From the NCBI GenBank assembly GCA_950097015.1, contig CATNEN010000003.1:15252001-15316000 (forward strand): 64,000 bases of DNA. Direction: 5' to 3'. The notes under the pieces were generated by a model. The model saw only the letters and a list, made by a program, of their open reading frames with translations. It was not told the origin of the DNA and made no database searches. This DNA comes from Macrostomum hystrix. Taxonomy: Eukaryota > Animalia > Platyhelminthes. Position numbers and translations under genes: made by a program. How positions within the stretch are numbered: position 1 is the first letter of the stretch; every line of letters starts with the position of its first letter. Shown here one piece after another: positions 24,612-37,558 of this stretch.

Positions 24612-27600
24612 ATGTCGACACCCGCTTCGAAAGCTAATCAGGCATCGTTGCGCAAAATTGCGCCTCGGGTTATTGCGCCGCGTCCAACTGCTCAGCCCTC
24701 GCTGCCTCCGGTAAAACTTGCGCCTGTTACTGTAAAGCCGCAGCTATTGCAGCAGCAAAAGAAACCGGTTCAGCAGCTTCCTGTTCAGCAGCAGCAGCAG
24801 CAGCAAACTTTGTTGCAAAATCAGCACCAGCAACTGCAGCAACAAATTCAATACGGTTCAGGTCCTTTGGCCATAAATGGCGCCGCCTTGCATCAGCAGC
24901 ATGCGCAGCCGCAGCAGCTATTATTGTCGCATCATAATTCATTGCCAGCTTGTCTGGCTTTTTCTGCTGCCCCAGGCAGTGGACATATTCTGGCCACTCT
25001 GCCAACGGGATTGTCTGCAGGGCAAACTCTCATAGCTGCTCAGGCACCGCCTATGGTATCAGCACCTCAAATCATTCAGCAACAGCAGCAGGTTCAGCCT
25101 AAAAGAAAACTTACGGGGGCCGCTGCTGCTTCCGCGGCTCGTAGGCAACAACAATTGCTGCAGCAACAAGAACAACAACAGCAGCAGCAGCAGCAGCAAC
25201 AACAACAACAGTTTATCTTTCAACAGCAGCATCAGCAATTGTTATTCTCTACTATGCCAGTTAATTCAACATCATTTGGCGCATATCATCACGGCACACT
25301 GACTCAATGTCGATCGGAGGATTCCTACTCGGCCGGCGGAGGCGGCGGTGGCACTCCGGACCTGCTTATGCTAGCCTGTCAGGAGGCTGGCTTAGAGTTA
25401 GATTTTAGCTTCCAATCAACTGAAGCGATTTCTAATTGTTCCGCTGTTCCACAACCGGAACCGACCCCGGTTCCGGCGCCACCTCCTCCACCTTCTCCTT
25501 CTTCCCAACCAGCTCTGCCGCGGGTCCAGCAGCCTCCTGTGTCAATCAACGATGCCGAAGTATCGAAAACTGTTAACTCTTCTTCTAGTGGTAATGAAGC
25601 TGATGCCACAGCATCTGCTGCTGCTGGCGCTGATAATGATGACGGCGAAGAACACGAGTCGTTTCTTCGCGAACTCGGCCTACTAGACTTGCCAGACATC
25701 GATACCTCCGCTGTGATGTCAGATCCGTTGCCAGACAATATCCAACAAGTTGAAGCTACCTGCGCCGAATTCGATAACGCTCTTGTGGCTTGTATCATTC
25801 AGAAAGCGTCTGAAAATCGATCGGAGCAGAAAGAAGACTCTGTCGATCAGGATACAGATCTTCTACTAGAAGAAGCCGCTGCCGCCGCTGCAGCCGCCAT
25901 TGCAATGTCTCCTAACTGGCCAGCTGACGATGTTGGCGATTCTTGTCAATCCTTATTAGACGAGATGTTGTCCTGCGGCACGCCACCTCAGCCTCAGCGG
26001 CTAGAGAAGCAGCAACCGCCATCTGATAATTCAACAGAGTCTAAATCTGCGTCTGCGGTGTCCCTGCCGCCAACAGAAACTACTATCAGTAGCGAAGCCG
26101 ATCCATTATCTGACATCATCGGTGAACAGCCAACAAAGGAGGAGTTGCCAGCTAAAGTTGAGCAACCAAATTGTCAGATCAGTGCTAATACTGAATCAGT
26201 CGGACTTCTGCTGCCTATTGAAGCAGAGGTTGTCGAAGAGTTGTCAGCTAAATCGGTTGAATTAAATTCAGCTACTATAGCAAAGACTGTCGATGATCTT
26301 GCTGTAGCTAATTCTACGGAGGCAAATGATTCAGTACAATTAAACAATACACTCGAAGCTAATAGTCAAAGTAAAGGGTCGAACGGCAAGCTCGAGGTTG
26401 TCACAGATTTTTTGGACACCCCGGCGCCTAGCGAAGCATTATCTGTAAAAGCTAGTCCAATTGTTGATGTTAAAAATGCGACACCAAATTCTTGCTACGC
26501 CGGCGAAAATCTGTTCAAACGATTGCGCCAATCTGATCAGTCTAGATCAACATCGTCTGACGAATCGATGCGACCCTATTCGTTAGAGAATAGTCCGGTC
26601 AAAGTTGCGGAGTCTAAACTAATGGCACGGCATATCATTGAGGAGCCTCATGGATCTGACACAGTCGCCAATAATGGCCAAATTTTAGAACCAGTAATAA
26701 CTGAACAAAAGAACCAGGAGAAAGATAATTGCAACCCTCTGACATCTTTGCCGCTAATTCAATCGAAACCCGATTGTCATAGCAACGGTGATGACGCATC
26801 GGCTTCTTTATTAGCAAGCCAGTCGGCCATTGACAATACTTCTTGCGCAACTTGTCCTGTGCGGCACAAAACGAAACGATCTAAAAAGCATCATCATCGA
26901 CATTCGCAATTGGAAAAAACTGCAGACGCAATTCAATCAGTAGTGCTCGAAGCATTGATTGATAAACAATCCGAACAGTCGACCATTCAGACAGACTTAA
27001 CACGTGAGGTTACTTCAAACGATTCGCCGCCTCGTTTGCCTAGCTTAAAGATTACAATAAAGCGTCCGTTGATTCCCCAGGAGCAGGCGATCGACCAACC
27101 GTCGACTGAATCGACGGCGCCTCCTCCCACAGCTCCGGGCAGTTTAAAGCTTCGCTTGAATTTGAAATCTCTTGGCGTTAATTTATCTTGTCAACAGCCA
27201 GTTGAAACTTGTCATCATGACCAGCATCAGCAGCAGCAGCAGTCGCTTCAGAAATCTCATCATCATCACCATCAACCCGCCGAAGATAATCCAGCCTCGC
27301 CATTGTCATCAGCGTCGACTAGTTCGCCTCCGCGATGCTACAGCAATGACTCCGTCGATATTGGCGCTGTTAATAGTGGCATTTCTTCTGGCCCGATTCG
27401 AAAGCGTCGTCGGCAGCAGCAGCAGCAGCAGCAGCAAATGACTCTCTCATCATCGATCGATACTTCTCCCGACTCTTTAAATCGACTTCATCTAGCCAGC
27501 AACAACAATAATAATAGTGATACTTCTGCGTCACTATCCGCATCTGTTGGCGTGTCTGAACCTGCAGCTAAGCTTGGCCGATTAACATTGCGATTACCAA

Positions 27601-27620
27601 TTCGACAGCCTACTTCTTAG
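24612..27620 (+). CDS. 1002-aa low-complexity (Q/P/S/acidic) putative nuclear cofactor, single coding exon
   Basis: Long uninterrupted ORF; upstream acceptor ttgtttgcag ends at 24380; poly-Q and poly-H tracts, basic NLS-like patches (KTKRSKKHHH, IRKRRRQ); AATAAA at 28144. No globular domain recognised. Confidence 0.8.
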   Translation: MSTPASKANQASLRKIAPRVIAPRPTAQPSLPPVKLAPVTVKPQLLQQQKKPVQQLPVQQQQQQQTLLQNQHQQLQQQIQYGSGPLAINGAALHQQHAQPQQLLLSHHNSLPACLAFSAAPGSGHILATLPTGLSAGQTLIAAQAPPMVSAPQIIQQQQQVQPKRKLTGAAAASAARRQQQLLQQQEQQQQQQQQQQQQQFIFQQQHQQLLFSTMPVNSTSFGAYHHGTLTQCRSEDSYSAGGGGGGTPDLLMLACQEAGLELDFSFQSTEAISNCSAVPQPEPTPVPAPPPPPSPSSQPALPRVQQPPVSINDAEVSKTVNSSSSGNEADATASAAAGADNDDGEEHESFLRELGLLDLPDIDTSAVMSDPLPDNIQQVEATCAEFDNALVACIIQKASENRSEQKEDSVDQDTDLLLEEAAAAAAAAIAMSPNWPADDVGDSCQSLLDEMLSCGTPPQPQRLEKQQPPSDNSTESKSASAVSLPPTETTISSEADPLSDIIGEQPTKEELPAKVEQPNCQISANTESVGLLLPIEAEVVEELSAKSVELNSATIAKTVDDLAVANSTEANDSVQLNNTLEANSQSKGSNGKLEVVTDFLDTPAPSEALSVKASPIVDVKNATPNSCYAGENLFKRLRQSDQSRSTSSDESMRPYSLENSPVKVAESKLMARHIIEEPHGSDTVANNGQILEPVITEQKNQEKDNCNPLTSLPLIQSKPDCHSNGDDASASLLASQSAIDNTSCATCPVRHKTKRSKKHHHRHSQLEKTADAIQSVVLEALIDKQSEQSTIQTDLTREVTSNDSPPRLPSLKITIKRPLIPQEQAIDQPSTESTAPPPTAPGSLKLRLNLKSLGVNLSCQQPVETCHHDQHQQQQQSLQKSHHHHHQPAEDNPASPLSSASTSSPPRCYSNDSVDIGAVNSGISSGPIRKRRRQQQQQQQQMTLSSSIDTSPDSLNRLHLASNNNNNSDTSASLSASVGVSEPAAKLGRLTLRLPIRQPTS

Positions 27621-28689
27621 AATTTGGGCTCGCTTTAAGTACCGGAATTATCATTTTAAATGCTATGGCTAAGGATTGCAAGTTTACAAAGAAACATTTT
27701 AGCTATATTACTTAAAAAAAGTTGTCAGTAGTGCAGTGAAGATATCTTTAATGCGATTTTTGTCAATCTTTAGCCATAGCAAAGCTATATATAATTTACA
27801 CAGTTGAACATTTGCTTAGCAAATCTCCCAAGATCCCTAACTGAGAGCATTGTTGTTCTAGCCGTGTCTTTTTCTATTCTCTCTTTTAAACTCAAAGGCA
27901 GCCAGTTAATATTAATAATCACTCTGAAAATAATAATAACAATTCTCGCTTTCTTTTTTAAACTGAACTATTTGATAATTCCTGTAGAAAAGTGATGTTT
28001 TGTCTGTAAGAAATCCTTTTCGTATATTTGTTACTACTGTTAGTAGATAACTATCATTATGCTATTTCAACTGATGCTTAGCTATATTTATTACGCTTTT
28101 GTTTGACTCGATTCAAGTTTTACAACTTTTGCAGCAGGGTTGAAATAAAATTGAAACAATTGTCCACTTATTGTGTACATACTATTATTTGTTTGTTAAT
28201 CTAGCCTATTTTATATAAATATTGTTTGTGGGCGCCAAAAATGTTGACTGTTAATAATGCAACCGACACACGTGCAACCTGTAAACTACCTATAGCAGAA
28301 AATTTACTTGTCAACGGATTAAATCTGTTTTCGATTTCACTTTGAAACAGGTCACTTTATACTAAACTGCATTAGTTATGAAGTGACAAACGCTGTATCA
28401 ATATTTACTTTTTTGTACACTATAAGCAGATATTTTTATCTATATGTGTTGAGTAATTTTTTTGCCTCTGAATTCGATTTCACATTAAAAAAAGCTCGAT
28501 TAATTATTTGGAGAAACTTGCTTGTCGTGTGGTACAGCTCAGTTTAGTTTGTGTTGTCAATGAATGAACTGATTATCTGTTTAATTGTATTGGATCTTTA
28601 ATTATTCTTCTTGTTTCAGCTAAGAAGCTTATTTCATTGATTTAAAATTACATTCAAGAAATCACGCCTTCAAAAGAAAAATCGACTGA

Positions 28690-29532
28690 ATTAGAATTCA
28701 ACGATTTAGAATCTAAATCCCAGGATTTAGAATCTGAATCCCAGAATTTAGAATCTGAATCCCAGAATTTAGAATCTGAATCCCAGAATTTAGAATCTGA
28801 ATCCCAGAATTTAGAATCTGAATCCCAGAATTTAGAAACTGAATCCGAGGATTTAAAATCTGAATCTAACGATTTAGAATCTGAATCTAACGATTTAGAA
28901 TCTGAATCTAACGATTTAGAATCTGAATCTAACGATTTAGAATCTGAATCCCAGGATTTGGAATCTGAATCCAACGATTTAGAATCTGTATCCCAAGATT
29001 TAGAATCTGAATCCCAGGATTAAGAATCTGAATCCCAGGATTTAGAATCTGAATCCAACGATTTAGAATCTGATTCCAGGATTTAGAATCTGAACCCCAA
29101 AATTTAGAATCTGAATCCAACGATTTAGAATCTGAATCCAACGATTTAGAATCTGAATCCAATGATTTAGAATCTGAATCCAATGATTTAGAATCTGAAT
29201 CCCAGGATTTAGAATCTGAATCCAATGATTTAGAATCTGAATCCCAGGATTTAGAATCTGAATCCAAGGATTTAAAATCTGAATACAATGATTTAGAATC
29301 TGAATCCCGCGATTTAGAATCTAAATCCAACGATTTAAAATCTGAATCCCAAGATTTAGAATATGAATCCAACGATTCAAAATCTGAATCCAACGATTTA
29401 AAATCTGAATCCAACGATTTTAAAATCTGAATCTAACGATTTAATATCTGAATCCCAGAATTTAAAATCTGAATCCAACGATTTAGAATCTGAATCCCAA
29501 GATTTAAAATCTGAATCCCAGAATTTAAAATC
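28690..29532. repeat. 21-bp minisatellite (gatttagaatctgaatccaac / ...cccag variants)
   Basis: About 40 units; the DSDSKSL ORFs are by-products. Confidence 0.95.
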
Positions 29533-30425
29533 GCGTCGTAGTTATGATTCTTAATGTTTTTTAAGTCAAATATACAACTGTTAATTTACTAGGAGCTGAA
29601 CAAATTTTCTGATCTTTGATTGTTTAATCTGAAAGACATGCGGTTGTCAAATGTTTATTGAAACTGTTGCTTTTTCTTCTGAAAGTATTTTTCTTTACTC
29701 TTTCATGCTCTATATAACCTAAAAAATACTGTCCAGCTCTGTACCCCCTTATTGTGTACATAAATAGTGTGCATTTCTCCTCAAAATTGTAAATCATATT
29801 TCGGCATCCAAAAATAGCTCATCCTGTAAGTGTAATCGTTTTCTGTAGTTTGTGTTTTTGCGCAGTTTTATCTGGCCAGAATTTTGCAATCCTTTTTTCT
29901 CTTCGACTAAGTTATTATTGGATCAAGAAAGCTAGTTTTTTGTCTAGCAAAAATTTGCTAGTAATTCTTTTCTTAATATTTTCCATGAAATAAAACAACT
30001 TTTCAACTCATGTCGCACTACTGCTGTCACTGCTTCATTAGTAGTTCAGGACGCCAATGCGAAAGCGTTCTTTGTTACCGTTATTTAGTTAGGTCTGACA
30101 GAATCTCCACGAGGCTATATTTGATGCGAAAAACACCGCCCTCATTGAAGTTGATCGTTCACAGCGATCAAGTCTAATATTGTTTCTCCTTTTGTTATAA
30201 CTATTACTTTGTAAACTTTTTGAGAAATCAAACTTTGCGGAAAATCATCTTTACGTTTGCCGAATTGCGTGATTGACCTAATTAAATGAAACTTAGCTAC
30301 TCGATATGCACTCTTTACTTCTTGAAATAAGCTTTTTTGCATAAATAATTATAAATCTTGTGCCTACAAATCGATTATTGACTTCTAAGCAATCAGCTTT
30401 ACTGTTTTGTACAGATAATACGTTT

Positions 30426-32084
30426 GCAGCATCTGACACACCTTATCTCAAGTGGATACTTGGTTAGCAGCATCTGACACACCTTATCTCAAGTGGATAC
30501 TTGGTTAGCAGCATCTGACACACCTTATCTCAAGTGGATACTTGGTTAGCAGCATCTGACACACCTTATCTCAAGTGGATACTTGGTTAGCAGCATCTGA
30601 CACACCTTATCTCAAGTGGATACTCGGTTAGCAGCATCTGACACACCTTATCTCAAGTGGATACTCGGTTAGCAGCATCTGACACACCTTATCTTAAGTG
30701 GATACTTGGTTAGCAGCATCTGACACACCTTATCTCAAGTGGATACTCGGTTAGCAGCATCTGACACACCTTATCTTAAGTGGATACTTGGTTAGCAGCA
30801 TCTGGCACACCTTATCTCAAGTGGATACTCGGTTAGCAGCATCTGACACACCTTATCTCAAGTGGATACTCGGTTAGCAGCATCTGACACACCTTATCTC
30901 AAGTGGATACTTGGTTAGCAGCATCTGACACACCTTATCTCAAGTGGATACTTGGTTAGCAGCATCTGACACACCTTATCTTAAGTGGATACTTGGTTAG
31001 CAGCATCTGACACACCTTATCTTAAGTGGATACTTGGTTAGCAGCATCTGACACACCTTATCTCAAGTGGATACTCGGTTAGCAGCATCTGACACACCTT
31101 ATCTTAAGTGGATACTTGGTTAGCAGCATCTGGCACACCTTATCTCAAGTGGATACTCGGTTAGCAGCATCTGACACACCTTATCTCAAGTGGATACTCG
31201 GTTAGCAGCATCTGACACACCTTATCTCAAGTGGATACTTGGTTAGCAGCATCTGACACACCTTATCTCAAGTGGATACTTGGTTAGCAGCATCTGACAC
31301 ACCTTATCTCAAGTGGATACTTGGTTAGCAGCATCTGACACACCTTATCTCAAGTGGATACTTGGTTAGCAGCATCTGACACACCTTATCTTAAGTGGAT
31401 ACTCGGTTAGCAGCATCTGACACACCTTATCTTAAGTGGATACTCGGTTAGCAGCATCTGACACACCTTATCTTAAGTGGATACTTGGTTAGCAGCATCT
31501 GACACACCTTATCTTAAGTGGATACTTGGTTAGCAGCATCTGACACACCTTATCTCAAGTGGATACTCGGTTAGCAGCATCTGACACACCTTATCTTAAG
31601 TGGATACTTGGTTAGCAGCATCTGGCACACCTTATCTCAAGTGGATACTCGGTTAGCAGCATCTGACACACCTTATCTCAAGTGGATACTTGGTTAGCAG
31701 CATCTGACACACCTTATCTCAAGTGGATACTCGGTTAGCAGCATCTGACACACCTTATCTCAAGTGGATACTTGGTTAGCAGCATCTGACACACCTTATC
31801 TCAAGTGGATACTTGGTTAGCAGCATCTGGCACACCTTATCTCAAGTGGATACTTGGTTAGCAGCATCTGGCACACCTTATCTCAAGTGGATACTTGGTT
31901 AGCAGCATCTGACACACCTTATCTTAAGTGGATACTCGGTTAGAAGCATCTGACACACCTTATCTCAAGTGGATACTCGGTTAGCAGCATCTGACACACC
32001 TTATCTTAAGTGGATACTCTGTTAGCAGCATCTGACACACCTTATCTCAAGTGGATACTTGGTTAGCAGCATCTGACACACCTT
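30426..32084. repeat. 41-bp minisatellite, ~40 near-identical copies
   Basis: Unit gcagcatctgacacaccttatctcaagtggatacttggtta with three recurrent variable sites and no spacers. Confidence 0.97.
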
Positions 32085-32825
32085 GAGAAATAATTTAAAA
32101 CTGTATAATAAACGGTCGTGTTGCATGGCTCATTGAGTATGATTGCGAGTATAGTATCGTTAAATATGCATATTAACTTATATTTCCGAGCACACAATAT
32201 AGTAAAGCAGACGCGATAATAAACACGACATTAGCAGATGAAGAAGTCTTTTCGGAGTATAACTCTGGCAGATGAGATAATAACATCAATAAGAGCAACA
32301 ACAATTTCACATGCAATAATAAATAATTTACTAGCTGATCAATATTTTTTCATATTCTGTTACGTCACTGTTAAAGAGAATTAATTGCAAACAAAAAAAA
32401 TCGCCTAATTAAGCAAAAATCTAATGACCAGAAAAGATAAATCATATTTATCAAACTTGTGCGCATGCCAAACAGTGGATTTGCAGGAATTATTCCGCAA
32501 CATAACAAAATTCATCACAGCTGTTGCCACAATTAAACACTGAAAACGGTGCCTCCTAGTATTCGAAATGAAACAAACCATATCGATTATATACATATTT
32601 ATGCCTCGGTGTTAATAAAAAATAGTTTATAATACACAAAAAACAAAACCCTTGAAACATACACATCAATGACTACTAGATTAGGAACGCAAGAAAATGG
32701 GATTTCGTCTATGGCACGAATCCTTTTTTTAAGCAAGGTAATTATTGAATTGAATAAAGTGCTAGTTTTTTTATTAACGGACTGTAACATATATTTTAAA
32801 TACCAACCGATATCTATCCGATGAA

Positions 32826-33112
32826 ACAACTTCGTGAATCACAAAACATCGGCATCGTCGAGATATTCAACGATTCTCGTTGAGGTGCCTGGTGGCAAAA
32901 ACGACCAATATATATAGGCACCATTTTTCTGTTTACAAAATTTCATTATGTAACCATGTCGGCTATTATTTTTTAACTACATTGTGAACATTGTGAACTT
33001 TTACATAGAGGTTTACATAGAGCAATGTTAGTTGTCCTTGTCATCAAAGTCTTCGACAAGAATCGTTGAATATCTTGACGATGCTGAAGTCGGACGGCTT
33101 TGAAAGTTAGTT
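32826..33112. mobile_element. Old foldback MITE (~90-bp diverged inverted arms) downstream of the STX6 stop
   Basis: ggcatcgtcgagatattcaacgattctcgttg versus cgacaagaatcgttgaatatcttgacgatgctg; further arm copies at 44877-44975 and 47338-47370. Confidence 0.65.
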
Positions 33113-33408
33113 ATCGAATAAATGACGGAAAATTTAGATTTTATTTTGACTTAAATATTACGAGTTAGCATCTCATTCTCTAGTTTAGTAGTCCCTTGAT
33201 TGACGTACACTAAATGAACTTACAACACTCGACACTATAGAGCAGACAGGAAATAAAACAATTACTTTATTTTTTTGTATTAAAGTGTCACACTTTTGTT
33301 TTAATAAGAAGTAGATAAATATTTCATATTTCAAAAAATGATTTATAATAAAAAAAAATTATAGTTTTCCCAATCGGTTTTATCTACCTTATCCCTCACT
33401 GTAACAGT

Positions 33409-34620
33409 TTACAGCACAAACAGTAGTACAATCAATATGATTAGTACTGCCAATAGTACACCAATGACTGTCCATTGTCGCCTATCATTTGACATGTGCA
33501 ACACTCTAGCCATCTTCTTCATAGTGGTATCCAACTTGCTCTCTGTTGTGTCCATCTCGCGACCAAATTCGTCCAAGATGACCGCCTGCTCGTCTAATTC
33601 GCTGGACATACGATGCGAAATATCTTTCAGTGCGCCTATGCCGCCACTCAGTCTAGTGGCAGGGCAGGATGAAAGTATATGATCAATTTACTGTAGCATT
33701 TTCTCCAACCCACATGACATATTAACCCACTTGGTTAGTAAATTATCCTGTCTCAGCTGGTAAATAATCCTCCGCTTCAGCTAGGAGATTATCCTCTGTC
33801 TCAGCTGGTAGATTATCCTGTCTCAGATGGTAAATTATCCTGTCTCAGCTGGTAGATTATCGTAAAATTGTCACCTATTACTAATCTTGTAAATAATCCC
33901 CTGTCATTAAGCTAGTAAATTATCCCGTCTCTAAGCTGGCAAATTGTCCCATAATCAGGGGTTGAAAACCGATCTCCAGATCGCTCAGCAAAGCTGAGCT
34001 ACAGCATGTTTTCCAGGCTTGAAAAACTGACAGAGCCGAACTCACCGATCTAAAGTTTCGTCCTGCTGTCTGAGCAGCGATTGTTGAGCAGCCTGCGCCT
34101 CTTCCGCATAATTTGGCAACTGCCTGCTGCTACTAGAAGAGGCGCCGCCGGAAGATGACGAAGCAGGCTGTCTAGCAGAAGACACAGTCGGGTGCAGATT
34201 GACAGGCGTGTTGGGCTCCAGTCGTTCAATTCTAGCCTTCATTTCTTGGGCCCTGCGTCGGGTTTCACTAACGAAACCTCGACGAGCGGCAACTTCGGCT
34301 TCGTCTAAGCGAAATTTCCTAGGATTTCGTTCCACTATGCCGATAGTCTCTTCTAGATCGTCTAGATCCCATTCTATATTGCGCAGCGAGTTCTGTAATT
34401 CGCCTAGGCAATAATCCAATTCTTGCCTGCCAACAGGGTTTGAAGCTAGAGTGTTGTATTGGCTCATTAGAATGCTCCAACGATCGAATAATTTTCTAGC
34501 AGATTCTACATTGCGCTCGACATCCGATTTCACAGCAAAGAATGGATCTTCAATTGAGCCTCCGCCCCCGCCGCCGCTAATTGGCGGCTGCTGATTGGCT
34601 GGCGCGATAGATGACGTCAT
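33409..34620 (-). CDS. STX6: Syntaxin-6 (Qc-SNARE), 272 aa, 2 coding exons
   Basis: Exons 34620-34046 and 33652-33409. N-terminal EDPFFAVK...LRNIEWDLDDLEETIGIVERNPRKFRLD, SNARE motif QQDETLDRLSGGIGALKDISHRMSSELDEQAVILDEF, C-terminal TM helix. Confidence 0.95.
33735..33950. repeat. Short degenerate repeat (aattatcctgtctcagctggta) in the STX6 intron
   Basis: Several diverged ~22-bp units. Confidence 0.7.
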
Positions 34621-36872
34621 TTTGATTCGGAATGCAGATTATCGAATTTTTTCGTAATTACGAAAACGAGCAAACTGAAATCAGATGGATGAAAGATGAG
34701 CAATTAAAAAATAAATTTTATTGAGTACTACAAACTATCTAAACTTAGGAAAACGTGCTTTTTCTAAAAGAAGCAATAGAAAGTACAATGACTATGATGA
34801 AGAATGTTTGTTTTGTACTTGAAGAAAAAAAATCTAACAAATATTTGATTTGACAAGAAAATAGCAAACAGGAAATATCAGCCAGATTGTGATATGAGAA
34901 CTCAACTCACTCTATAGAGTCAATTTGAAATCTCAAAGTGAAGCTGAAGCACATCAACACTGAGAAGAGAAGTGCTTAGTCTCTGAAGTGAACTAAAGCT
35001 AACACTAATAATCTTAAAGAGAATATATAAGGTCAGAAATTCTACAAGCCATATATTTTTCTAAGTGAAATAATTATACAAGACTAATCGTGAAGCTGAA
35101 ATGCAAGAGATAAGACAATAATTGGATAAAAAAATCGGGGGCAGGCATGCTTTCTACACTACACATTATAATTCTCTGTTTGTATCACATAGGGAATGAA
35201 GCCTAGTGTTTTAGTATTTATCTGAATTTCACAACTGACAACTCATGTCATAATATAATTTTGGCTATGGTAGTCTTTAGTGTGGTGTGTAGTGATCTTA
35301 TTCATACATGTCATAGATAACTTTGAAAGTTGAAAATGAGTGGCAAAGTTCTGCTGTAAAAGTGCTAATAGCCAGTGGCAACATCCAAGCTAAGCCCAAG
35401 GGCAGTGGGATGGGCCCTGGGGGGATACATCCCCATAGTTGTATACAATTTTATTTCTCCGAATTTCCTAATAGTGAATGAACTGCTGCGTCAAAGTCAT
35501 GGCCAAAACAAAATAAAGAATACTTTTATTCCCTCCCCTAGTGATATAAAATTTTGGTTAAACAACAGCAAATAAACAGCTAGCCATTTAAAATAAAGTA
35601 CCAATGTATAAAAGAGCTTTTAATTTTCGTATGTTACTATACTTACAAATGTTGCGGCCTCTAAAAGCAAAACTTATTTTATGGATTAGGCCATCAGGTA
35701 TTCTTCAATCAGACAATAATACATTTTACAGAAAAATGTATTTTTCAAATACATTTTGAATTTTTCAAATTTTGTATTTTTCAAATAAATACAAAAATTT
35801 TTTTACAAAAGAAAAAGACAAAAGCTGCGAAGTTAAAAAAAGCAAGGCATTTAATGAAAAAGTTAAACAAATTAATAACAATCGTGCGCCTGCAGCGTTA
35901 TTTCTTAAAATTCCAAACTTATTCCTGCAAACATTCAATGACTTGTTTCTAAGAATCTATCGGTAACTGTAATCATAGCTTAGCCTAATAAACAATGAAG
36001 TTTAACTGCATGATTTTTATAGAATATTTCTGCTAGGTCTTAGGCATGCTTTGCTTTTCTGCAGCCATGCGAAGGTCTACCAATTTTATATAGCACAACT
36101 CGTATCTAGAGACACAAAAAAATTATTTTCGTTTTTTGCTGTAAGGCCTTCTTTTATAACTAGAAGCTTAGAACTTATTAGGGTAGGCCTTATCTCCAGC
36201 TTTGATTTTTGATTATTGTTTCATGGAAATGAAAAGTCTATTCGTTTTTATTTTATATTTTGATAATAAAAAATTAATGTCTTCTGCTTGTTTATCAAAA
36301 GTAGGCTTTGTTGAAACAACTTTTTTTGTCATGATTCACTTTAGGTACCTTATTAGGGCCTAATAGGGCAGTTACCTGTCTTATGATTGGATTTTCATGA
36401 TTTCTGACTGGTTCTGACTGGTAACCATGGGCCTATTAAACCTTAAACTATTCTGATCCATAATTCAAAGGCTTCAACTGAAGCAATTTTTCGTTTTTAG
36501 AGAATCCAAAATTTAAATGGTTATTTATAGTATAGGTCCAATGCCCTCCCTCTTCCAGGGTACAGATCAAATTGTCATATTCTAAAATGTCATATGATAA
36601 TGACGATTTGCACAAAAGTATCACAATATTCTATTTCATATGACAATCTTGACTATTTGTATAGTCAAGTATTTGCAGATCTCATGCTCCTGTTTCAATT
36701 CAACCCATATATGACGATTTAGAATATGACAATTTTGGCCAGAGCCCTCTTCCCTTGCCTAATTATTTTTTATATTTAATAGGTACTTTTGGTTCTATTA
36801 ATTTTAACAGCTAAAACACAAAGCAAATTGGCCAAATCCCCAAATTACAGTTTAAAACTACATTTCCTAAAA

Positions 36873-37558
36873 GGAAGTGCTTATTCCCACGGTCCTGTTC
36901 CGATAATTTCAATTTTATCCACACGGATCCGTGCCGATAATTTTCTGCTTATCCACACGGCAGCTTGTATGAATAGGTCTACTTTCAAGTCCCTATGTAC
37001 CTATTCTAATTCTTCTCTGAGCATAAGGCTTTTGCTTCAGAGTATAGTGTATAGTGTACACTATCAATGAATAGTGTAAAAGAATAACAATGATGTATAG
37101 GGCCTAATGTGTGACGAGTTTGGTGCTGACTAGAATTCTGCTGGTTGACTCGTATGATTTTCTTTGATAGACTTTTTACTCTTTAAGTCAATACAATTCG
37201 AATGAAAACACGTAACAATGACAAAAGATTTAGTAAGTTGCTATTAAAATAATTAAAAAAGATGACATTAATGTCAGTTAATTAATGTGTAGGTCGAAAT
37301 GTAGAACACTGTCGTAACACACTGGCAACTTTGTTGATCTATTGGCTCGAGGGTTCAACAAAACATTCAAATCTGAAAGGGCCTCGTTTCAAAGAACAGA
37401 ACCGTGTGGATAAAATTGAAATTAACGGCACGGCATATATAAAGAGTTGTAGACCTATTTATACAAGCTGCCGTGTGGATAAGCAGAAAATTATCGGCAC
37501 GGATCCATGTGGATAAAATTGAAATTATCGGCACGGGACCGTGGGAATAAGCTCTGCC
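36873..37558. mobile_element. Mutator-like (MULE) non-autonomous element between the divergent STX6 and CSPP1 genes
   Basis: ~110-bp TIRs beginning GG(A/C)AG(T/A)GCTTATTCCCACGGTCC; 9-bp TSD ttcctaaaa at 36864-36872 and 37559-37567. Confidence 0.85.

Noticed and set aside
28654-29414. SD-repeat (DSDSKS) protein resembling bacterial adhesins
   Set aside because: Translation of a 21-bp minisatellite with a frameshift and no non-repetitive domain.
30426-32084. CRISPR-like regular array
   Set aside because: Units are head-to-tail with no unique spacers, there are no cas genes, and the context is eukaryotic.
36890-37520. Multiple TTATCCACA (DnaA-box consensus) motifs suggesting a bacterial origin
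   Set aside because: They are internal repeats of MULE TIRs bounded by a 9-bp TSD in animal DNA.
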